DNA from: Thermoplasmata archaeon
Lineage (GTDB): Archaea; Thermoplasmatota; Thermoplasmata; RBG-16-68-12; JAGMCJ01
Length of the DNA: 44,247 nt
Direction of reading: 5' to 3'
Assembly: GCA_023130895.1 (NCBI GenBank)
Contig: JAGMAI010000121.1
Location: 1-44,247 of the forward strand
Shown here one piece after another: positions 1-7,563 of this stretch. Below the pieces are notes generated by a model. That model saw only the letters and a program-made list of their open reading frames with translations, was not told the DNA's origin and made no database searches. Each line of letters starts with the position of its first letter. The stretch's first letter is position 1. The translations under genes were made by a program, and so were the position numbers.

Positions 1-2517
1 GGGAACTACACGACGATACAGGAGGCGATTGATGCCGCGAATCCAGGAGATACGATATACATCCACAATGGGACTTACTACGAGCACGTTGCAGTCAGCA
101 AACCTCTATCCCTGATCGGAGAGGACAGAGACAACACCGTAATCGACGCTGGTGGAACCGGGGATGTCGTCTCCGTCACTGCTAACCACGTGAACATCAC
201 AAGTCTCACCATCGTCCTCGGATATGGTCTGGACGATGCAGGGATACTGCTCAGCTATGTCGAGAACTGCTCCATAACGAACACCAACCTTTCGGACAAC
301 TGGAATGGTGTCCTACTCGTGGGCTCCAATGGCAACGTGATAGCCAACAATATCGCAGGGGCCAACGGGCGAGGTGTCCACCTCATTGACTCAAGCGATA
401 ACGTGATCGTGGGCAACACCGCCTCGGACAACTGGGACTACGGCATTTTCCTCGTTTCCTCTTCCAACAACACAATTGCAGGCAACAACATATCCCTTGG
501 CGATCGAGGCATCTATCTTATTGTCGACTCTGACGGCAATGAAATCCGAAACAACACCGTTTCAAGCAGTGGCTATGGCATCCACCTCAGGAATTCCAAC
601 GGCGTTGCTATCGCGAACAACAACATATCGGATGGCTGGGCCGACGGCGTCTGCGTTGAGTCCTCGTCCAATGTCACCGTCATGCGGAACAACCTCACCA
701 GCAATTGGAACGGCGTTAGGTTGTACTCCTCGGATGATGTCACCGTCACCCAGAACAATGTCTCCAACAGCACCTGGTACGGTATTTACCTCTACATGTC
801 TACCAACAGCACGGTGACTGGGAACCTGATGACCAAAGATGGGGCCTTCATACGCGGTGACTTGGTCGAACACTGGAACACTCACGTCATTGACACATCG
901 AACACCGTGAACGGCAGGCCCGTCTACTACTGGAAGAATGCCACTGGCGGCGTTGTGCCTTTGAGCGCCGGTCAGGTCATACTGGCCAATTGCACTCGTG
1001 TGACGGTGGAAAACCAGAACATCAGCAGAACCTCTGTGGGAATCCTCCTCGGCTTCTCATCTGAGAACACAATCGCCAACAACACCGCTCCCTCGAACAA
1101 GAGGATGGGGATCAATCTCCAGCATTCTGTCGGCAATACCGTCGTGAACAACTCCTCCCCGGGCAATGAGTACGGGATCTACATCGACTCTTCGAGCAGG
1201 AATATCGTGTCCAGGAACAACGCTTCCGCGAACAACCAATACGGCATTATCCTCGATAACTCCGACGACAACCTCGTCGTCGATGGCATCATCTCCTCGA
1301 ACGCCGTCATAGGCATCCGCCTGTACTACGCTGACAACAACACCGTGGACAACAACACCGTTCGGAACAACCAATACGGCATTACGCTCTATTTCAGCGA
1401 CAACAACACCGTCGCCGATAACAATGTCTCCCGGAGCGGTCAGCTCGGGATCCAGCTCGGCTCCTCCTCTGGCAACGGGATCTACCACAACAACTTCCTG
1501 AACAACACCGAACAGGCTGAGGACGACGGTGCAGCAAATGTATGGGACGACGGATATCCATCTGGCGGAAACCACTGGAGCGATTACGCAGGCTTTGACA
1601 ACAAGAGCGGCCCCAATCAGGACCAGCCCGGGAGCGATGGCATAGGCGATACGCCATATCCCATCCAGGTCGGCAACGAGGACAGGTACCCCCTCATGTC
1701 CCCCTCTGGAACGATTCGTCACCGCCCACCGAAGATTACCAGCACCACGCTGAGCGGAAAGGACATGGAGAACATCACCCTCACTTGGTCTCTCTCCCCC
1801 GATGATGGAACGGGCCTTGGGTCTGTCACGGGCTACGCTGTCTATAGAAATCCGACCTACGACTCCAGTGGATTGAGCTATCAGTTCATTGCTTTCCTCC
1901 CGAACGGAACATCAGCATTCGTGGACAGTTTCACTGGCAACGGGGACCCAAGCGGATACTTCTATCGAGTGTGTGCGCTGGACGCTAACAATAGCACAGC
2001 TTGCGATAACGCTCAGGCCGGGAAGTTCACCCGCCCTCTCGTTCAGGGACCGAACCTCTTGTCACTTCCTCTCATTCAGTCCAACGGATCCATGGAACGC
2101 CTACTGCAGACAGTCAAGTACGACAAGGCTTGGACATACGATTCCTCGAGCGGGGAGTGGAAATGGTACATGACATTGAAGAACTACCGAAGAGGCCCGC
2201 CGAGCGTCAACCACACGATGGGGCTGTGGGTGAACGTCACCGGGGACTGCAACCTCACGGTCGCGGGAATCGTCCCCGCTCAAACGACGATCCATCTGCG
2301 GAGCGGATGGAACCTCGTCTCCTTCCCGTCCTTCAACTCATCCTACACGGTCGCGAACCTGAAGGCGGAGCTGCCCGTTGAGCGGGTGGAGGGCTTCGAC
2401 CTCACCGCCCCGCCGCACTTTCTGCGGGTGCTGCAGGACTCCGATGTGCTTCTGGCAGGAGAAGGCTATTGGGTGAAAGTCTCTGCTGATGCGACTTGGG
2501 TCGTCTCGAACGTCTGA
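1..2517 (+). CDS. Secreted right-handed beta-helix (NosD/CASH-like) repeat protein. The 5' end is cut by the window edge. It carries an FN3-like domain plus a conserved ~260-aa C-terminal module.
   Basis: Frame 1 is open from nt 1 (GNYTTIQEAIDAANPGDTIYIHNGTYYEHV...), which parallels the N-terminus of 19993..22386. There are many tandem ~22-aa rungs (N-x-I/V-x-x-N...G-I). The cap motif WDDGYPSGGNHWSDY...GSDGIGDTPY is present. The C-terminal module 1726..2514 recurs at 12190..12966. No TM anchor. Stop at 2515-2517. Confidence 0.85.
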   Translation, partial: GNYTTIQEAIDAANPGDTIYIHNGTYYEHVAVSKPLSLIGEDRDNTVIDAGGTGDVVSVTANHVNITSLTIVLGYGLDDAGILLSYVENCSITNTNLSDNWNGVLLVGSNGNVIANNIAGANGRGVHLIDSSDNVIVGNTASDNWDYGIFLVSSSNNTIAGNNISLGDRGIYLIVDSDGNEIRNNTVSSSGYGIHLRNSNGVAIANNNISDGWADGVCVESSSNVTVMRNNLTSNWNGVRLYSSDDVTVTQNNVSNSTWYGIYLYMSTNSTVTGNLMTKDGAFIRGDLVEHWNTHVIDTSNTVNGRPVYYWKNATGGVVPLSAGQVILANCTRVTVENQNISRTSVGILLGFSSENTIANNTAPSNKRMGINLQHSVGNTVVNNSSPGNEYGIYIDSSSRNIVSRNNASANNQYGIILDNSDDNLVVDGIISSNAVIGIRLYYADNNTVDNNTVRNNQYGITLYFSDNNTVADNNVSRSGQLGIQLGSSSGNGIYHNNFLNNTEQAEDDGAANVWDDGYPSGGNHWSDYAGFDNKSGPNQDQPGSDGIGDTPYPIQVGNEDRYPLMSPSGTIRHRPPKITSTTLSGKDMENITLTWSLSPDDGTGLGSVTGYAVYRNPTYDSSGLSYQFIAFLPNGTSAFVDSFTGNGDPSGYFYRVCALDANNSTACDNAQAGKFTRPLVQGPNLLSLPLIQSNGSMERLLQTVKYDKAWTYDSSSGEWKWYMTLKNYRRGPPSVNHTMGLWVNVTGDCNLTVAGIVPAQTTIHLRSGWNLVSFPSFNSSYTVANLKAELPVERVEGFDLTAPPHFLRVLQDSDVLLAGEGYWVKVSADATWVVSNV

Positions 2518-2678
2518 GGAGAATCGCTGGAGCTCTTGGGTCTCGAGGGCAAACCTGCAGAGTGGGAGTGCTCTGCCGCATCATAATAAAATACATCTGC
2601 GCCCGAAGAGTTAAATACACCATACTTCTTCGTCGACAGGAGCGGAGCTGAACAGTCGCGAGAGTGCCAGGTGAAATC

Positions 2679-2954
2679 ATGGCATTGACGTCCCTTCATA
2701 GAACCAGAGGCTCTCTGGAACTGATCGTGTACCTCTATCGGAAAGGAGAGGCGACTACGACGGAACTCATACGGTGCACCCCCGCCTGCCAGGAGACGGT
2801 CTACAAGGCGCTCGACCAGCTGCTCTCCTTGGGAATGGTGAGGAAGGAGGAGGAAGGCGTCTTCCCGCGGAGGATCAACTTCTCCTTGACGGAGAAGGGG
2901 AAGAAGCTCGCCGAGTCATCCATCCTCGAATGGGACAGGATCGTGAACCCGTAG
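2679..2954 (+). CDS. Small winged-helix-turn-helix transcriptional regulator (about 91 aa)
   Basis: The sequence LELIVYLYRKGEATTTELIRCTPACQETVYKALDQLLSLGMVRKEEEG..RINFSLTEKGKKL matches an HTH plus beta-wing pattern (MarR/PadR/ArsR-like). The ATG is at 2679; an in-frame GTG at 2664 is the alternative start. An A/T-rich box (ttaaataca) lies upstream. Confidence 0.7.
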   Translation: MALTSLHRTRGSLELIVYLYRKGEATTTELIRCTPACQETVYKALDQLLSLGMVRKEEEGVFPRRINFSLTEKGKKLAESSILEWDRIVNP

Positions 2955-2974
2955 CGCTCTCCATGCATATTGGG

Positions 2975-3072
2975 AATCAGCATGCTACGCCCTCGTAGGC
3001 AATCTTATTTTCTCTCATGCGATTGGAGTTTCGGAGGGACGGCTCCGTTTCTCCATTCTTTCAGGGAGGAGG
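2975..3072 (+). promoter_or_regulatory. Conserved promoter/leader block, copy A: palindrome, TATA-like box and leader hairpin
   Basis: About 100 nt are shared with 7461..7560. Elements: near-palindrome TGCTACG-CCCT-CGTAGGCA (2983..3001), CTTATTTT box (3004..3011), leader stem GGAGGGAC (3033-3040) pairing with GTTTCTCC (3047-3054), and GGGAGGAGG (3064-3072). Confidence 0.6.
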
Positions 3073-3090
3073 AATCCAGAGGGATGAATC

Positions 3091-6000
3091 ATGAGGAGAA
3101 CTAGAATCTTGGCTATTGGTTTGGTGCTGGTGTTTCTGACGGCTCAACTGGTCCCGTTCGGGCCCGTGGCTACAGGTGCCACTTTCTCTACGAACGTCAG
3201 AGTGAACGATGTGACGACATATCATCAGGTGAATGCGTCCGTGGCAGTCGGTTCTGATGGTTCCATACATGTCGTTTGGGAGGACTATCGGGCAGGCCAT
3301 CACGACTCAGATATCTACTATGCGAAATCCACGGATGGTGGAAACACGTTTGGTTCAAGCGTGCGAGTGACTGATAACCTGGGTGTGGGGTCGAAGCAGA
3401 AGTTCCCTTCGGTCGCTATCTCGGAAAACTTCTGGATCCATGTCGTTTGGACTGATATGAGAGACATCGGGCTGCTCTTGGATGACCGCATCTACTACTC
3501 CCGTTCGGAGAACGGCGGGCTCACATTCAGCACCAACGAGGTCATCAGCGAGGGCACGTGGGACTGGGATGAGTACATTGAGTTTGTCGGACCTCAGTTG
3601 GTCTATGACGGCAGCGCAGGATGCGCTCTCCACGTTGTCTGGTCAAGTTTCGATGTCGCCATAGCCAAGAACCCGGACTATGGCGTCTGGTATGACAAGT
3701 CCACTGACTGCGGCGACAATTGGGGCACCGACTCGAAGCTCGCCTCATGTGCCAGGGACGCTTCTGTATCGGCCGCATCCAACGGTGCAATCGGCGTGAC
3801 ATACATAGGGATGAACATGGCCTACACCGACCCTGTGGCGGTGCTCTACACCATGAACGAGGGCTCGGGCTGGAGTACTCCCGCTCAAGTGGATGATATT
3901 CCAATAAGCAAGTGGTTCATGGATCCCTCCGTCGCCATCGAATCCGAGCTGTTGGGCCAACCTCCTATCTACGGATACAGAATCCACGTCGCCTGGGCAG
4001 ATGGGCGGCACATCGATCTTGAAGATCCAGACACCTTGTATGATTGGGACATCTATTACGCCTTCTCATCAGACGGAGTCAGCTTCGGTCCGAACGTTCG
4101 AGTGAATGACAATCCCGAGTGGGACGAAACGGATCAGAGAGAACCATGGATTAGTCAGAATGCGACATTCGATCCTAAGGTGGCGTGGACGGACTGGCGC
4201 AACGACCCGGATGGGTATCGGAATCCCGCCGGACCACCACATAATGTCGACGTCTACTTCGCGGAATCCTCGAACCAAGGCGGGTCCTTTGACGCGAATC
4301 AGCGGGTGAACGATGACAGCGATCCTGGAGGTCTGCTCGAGCAGCTGCGGCCGAATCTCTTCTCCCTTGTCGCTGACCCTGGAGATCTGCAGGGCATGTA
4401 CGTCGTGTGGCAAGACCAAAGGGATGCCCCCACAAATGAGTTCGATGTGTACTCGACTGGAGATGGCGTTCCCGTTCTGGATTGGTGTGGCATCAGTGGA
4501 TGGATCGATGACGGTGTCGATCCTGATTCGGGGGACACGTCCACGGAGTTCGTCTACTGTGTCCTCTACCGCAGCCCCGTGGGGAGTCAGCCTGCCACAG
4601 GTAGTCCTCTTCTACAGATATGGAAGGGCGGGCAACTAGTCAAGGAGGTGACAATGACATTCGATTCTAATGCAGGATCTCCTAACAACTGGCTGCAAGG
4701 AGCCAGGTACAAGCACCCTGAGGTTCTGGGTGTGCTGGGGACGGACTATTCGTATACGTTCCTGGCAACTGATGTTTCGGGCAGAGATGCAGCACCCCTC
4801 AATGGCGATGGGCCAGATGTCTATTTCGCCTCCAATCCCCCAGTTCTTGAGTGGTGTGGGTTGAGCGGATGGACCTCTGACGGAGTGAATCCGGATGCAG
4901 GAGAGGATACGCAGACATTCACGTACTGCATCACCTACAGAGATCCTGATGGGGACCCTCCAGAGAATGACAAGGTGAACCTGCACATCTACAAAGGTGG
5001 AAGCGGATATGGACAGACAGACTATGAGATGACACCGTATCCAAATGACCCTGACTCATGGGTTGGCATGCCCAATTCGTATCAAGACGGAAGGAGATAT
5101 GGGTATTCCATTGTCTTGGAGGAAGGTGATGACTTCTCCTACAAGTTCACTGCCAAGGATGTTCACGGAGTGCCAGCACCTGACAAAGGCCCCCTCCTTG
5201 GTCCAAAGGTCTTCGTTCCAGTCAACGATTGGACAGTCAAATACTTGGCTCCAACACCGAGGGATTCTCATTCGATGGCTTATGTGGATAGCCCTCACAA
5301 TGCATTGGTGATATTCGGCGGAAGGCAAGCCCAAGCCCCATGGCTTGATGACACGTGGATTTTCTGGCTCGACACTGAAACGTGGGAAGAAGTCCAATAT
5401 CAACCAGACCCAACCAAACCACCCGACCCTCACCCTTCCGCACGGATTTTTCCTGCAATGGCATATGATTCTCTCCATGAAACGGTTGTGCTGTTTGGGG
5501 GGAGAGATTCGACTGCATTAGGGTTGGCCGATACCTGGCTTTTCTCCGTGGCGACGAAGAAGTGGGAGGAGGTTACGCAGTTTGGCACCTGGCCAGAGCG
5601 CCGTGATAAGCATGCGATGGTTTATGATGAGGAACACGAGCAGATTCTCCTGTTTGGTGGGATGAGCGATTATAACACATGTGGACTGTGGCCCCTACTC
5701 TACGGTCCATGGTGTCATGATGCTTGGTTGTTCGACGTAGGCACACTTCAGTGGTCTTTTGAGAACGAAGGTAACGAATTGAGCGGCAGGGCGCAACACG
5801 CTATGGTCTATGATGTTGAATATGGAATAACCATTGTCCGCGGAGGACTGGTCGACTATACCAATATCTTGGATGACATGTGGTACTACGACTTGGATGA
5901 TCACTCCTGGCATATCATTCTTCAGGATCCATTCAATGAGCCAACAGAGAGATACGCACATAGCATGGCGTACGATGAGGCAAACCAACGCACGATTTTC

Positions 6001-7173
6001 CATGGGGGAGTCGAAGACAGTGGAATCCGAGGGGACACTTGGGCCTACGATTACGATACTGGTGATTGGGAGGAACTCTCCTTTGGACCTTACCCAAACC
6101 TCAGAAGGTCTCATACAATGGCATACTCGTCCGTCGAGACACTCACATTCATGTTTGGCGGAGGCAAATACCCCCATACGTATGATGATGTCTGGGCACT
6201 GAGCTATTCGACGAAGTTGTGGACTCACGTTCCCGCGATGCCGATAGCCAGATACAATCATGCGATGACATACGATTCAACCTATGAGAAGACAATTCTA
6301 TTTGGAGGGTCTCGTCTCTTTGGCGGGTATGGAGTGGGGGTCAAGTATTTCAACGACCTCTGGACATATGACATGTCGAGCGGTTCATGGTCGCACATTG
6401 CCCCAACTGGACCTTTGCCTGTAGCACGGGCTCAACATGCAATGACCTATGACGAGAAGAACGAAGTGACCGTCATGTTTGGTGGGCATGTGGGCGTTTT
6501 GGATCAAGAGCCGTCCTCAGAAACCTGGGTCTATCACTACTCGGGATCCTACTGGGAGAAGATGTCTACTCAGGTTCCGCCAGATGGTCCGGATGCTAGA
6601 TATGGAATGGCAATAGCATACGACAAGAAGCACGAAGCAGTTCTCATGTACGGGGGAACAGACGGGACGCAATTCTTCACCGAGACATGGTCATACGTCT
6701 ATGACACGGACACATGGACGAACCTGCTTGCCGCGAACCCGCCACCAGAGATGAAGGGTCATTCCATGAGCTATGACGATCAGTATGAGACCAGCGTCCT
6801 GTACGGAGGTGCAGATGCGTCGCAGTACCTCGGAGACATCTGGATATACCACTGGAACACAAACGAGTGGGAGAAGAGAGATTCATGGGCAGCAATGCCA
6901 GAAGAACGCGCCTATCACGCTCACGCCTACGACATCGAGAACTGTCGGATAGTTCTGTTCGCCGGTCTTGATGGGACAACGGTCTATGGTGACACTTGGT
7001 CCTATGACGCGCATCAGGATGAGTGGGCTCCAATGAACCCGAGTCTGAGTCCTGCTGAGAGGTATGGCCACTCAGTTGTGTACGATTCGGACGCTGGAGT
7101 CTTGGTCCTATTCAGTGGCGAAGACGCTCATTGGAGTCTGAGAACGGATGTGTGGGTCTATCAGTTTGCCTAG
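3091..7173 (+). CDS. Secreted 1360-aa protein: BNR/Asp-box propeller, two copies of an unassigned ~125-aa module, and 12 Kelch blades
   Basis: Signal-peptide-like MRRTRILAIGLVLVFLTAQLV. Five Asp-box-like motifs (STDGGNTFG, SENGGLTFS, STDCGDNWG, SSDGVSFG, SSNQGGSFD) with a recurring VRVND. Two repeats of the form (L/V)(D/E)WCG(I/L)SGW..GV(D/N)PD.G..T.F.YC..YR. Twelve Kelch-like blades (P.aR..Hsm.YD......lFGG...... DtW.Yd....W). Confidence 0.9.
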   Translation: MRRTRILAIGLVLVFLTAQLVPFGPVATGATFSTNVRVNDVTTYHQVNASVAVGSDGSIHVVWEDYRAGHHDSDIYYAKSTDGGNTFGSSVRVTDNLGVGSKQKFPSVAISENFWIHVVWTDMRDIGLLLDDRIYYSRSENGGLTFSTNEVISEGTWDWDEYIEFVGPQLVYDGSAGCALHVVWSSFDVAIAKNPDYGVWYDKSTDCGDNWGTDSKLASCARDASVSAASNGAIGVTYIGMNMAYTDPVAVLYTMNEGSGWSTPAQVDDIPISKWFMDPSVAIESELLGQPPIYGYRIHVAWADGRHIDLEDPDTLYDWDIYYAFSSDGVSFGPNVRVNDNPEWDETDQREPWISQNATFDPKVAWTDWRNDPDGYRNPAGPPHNVDVYFAESSNQGGSFDANQRVNDDSDPGGLLEQLRPNLFSLVADPGDLQGMYVVWQDQRDAPTNEFDVYSTGDGVPVLDWCGISGWIDDGVDPDSGDTSTEFVYCVLYRSPVGSQPATGSPLLQIWKGGQLVKEVTMTFDSNAGSPNNWLQGARYKHPEVLGVLGTDYSYTFLATDVSGRDAAPLNGDGPDVYFASNPPVLEWCGLSGWTSDGVNPDAGEDTQTFTYCITYRDPDGDPPENDKVNLHIYKGGSGYGQTDYEMTPYPNDPDSWVGMPNSYQDGRRYGYSIVLEEGDDFSYKFTAKDVHGVPAPDKGPLLGPKVFVPVNDWTVKYLAPTPRDSHSMAYVDSPHNALVIFGGRQAQAPWLDDTWIFWLDTETWEEVQYQPDPTKPPDPHPSARIFPAMAYDSLHETVVLFGGRDSTALGLADTWLFSVATKKWEEVTQFGTWPERRDKHAMVYDEEHEQILLFGGMSDYNTCGLWPLLYGPWCHDAWLFDVGTLQWSFENEGNELSGRAQHAMVYDVEYGITIVRGGLVDYTNILDDMWYYDLDDHSWHIILQDPFNEPTERYAHSMAYDEANQRTIFHGGVEDSGIRGDTWAYDYDTGDWEELSFGPYPNLRRSHTMAYSSVETLTFMFGGGKYPHTYDDVWALSYSTKLWTHVPAMPIARYNHAMTYDSTYEKTILFGGSRLFGGYGVGVKYFNDLWTYDMSSGSWSHIAPTGPLPVARAQHAMTYDEKNEVTVMFGGHVGVLDQEPSSETWVYHYSGSYWEKMSTQVPPDGPDARYGMAIAYDKKHEAVLMYGGTDGTQFFTETWSYVYDTDTWTNLLAANPPPEMKGHSMSYDDQYETSVLYGGADASQYLGDIWIYHWNTNEWEKRDSWAAMPEERAYHAHAYDIENCRIVLFAGLDGTTVYGDTWSYDAHQDEWAPMNPSLSPAERYGHSVVYDSDAGVLVLFSGEDAHWSLRTDVWVYQFA

Positions 7174-7460
7174 TGCTTTGTAGACCATCATCCTCTCATT
7201 GGGGCTCGATTTGCAGCATAAGAGTCCATCTCCAGGCATGGGAAGTGATTACAAGCACGATGTACCCGCGTGTGATATGCTCATGATCCGTAGTATGTGG
7301 CGCAACTCGTTTGTCATTTTCCTGGAATCAAGTAGGAAAGGGCGAAGCTATCTCAAGGAAAACGGCCACTCCATCCTAAGGGAGAACTGTAAAAGGTCAA
7401 TATCCAGTTGATTTGTGGTCTGGGCATCTGGTTCTATGCAGGACAAGCTCATCTACTGGA

Positions 7461-7560
7461 ATTCAGCATGCTACGCCCTCGTAGGCATTCTTATTTTCTC
7501 GCACACGATTCATTTCTCGGAGGGACGATCTCGTCGCTCCATTCTTTCAAGGGGAGGAGA
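7461..7560 (+). promoter_or_regulatory. Conserved promoter/leader block, copy B
   Basis: It has the same palindrome TGCTACGCCCTCGTAGGCA (7469..7487) and TTATTTT box (7491-7497) as copy A. The leader stem is GGAGGGAC (7519-7526) pairing with GTCGCTCC (7533-7540). GGGGAGGAG lies 4-6 nt before the ATG at 7564. Confidence 0.6.
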
Positions 7561-7563
7561 AAA

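Noticed and set aside
7408-7563. N-terminal extension of the second Kelch gene as given by the ORF track; likewise 10351..10515 for the Big_5 gene, 19951..19992 for the beta-helix gene and 40633..40716 for the STAND gene
   Set aside because: Each extension overlaps a promoter, leader or motif sequence and lacks an SD. In each case an internal ATG is preceded by GGAGG or a TATA-like box and, for the secreted proteins, followed by a signal peptide.
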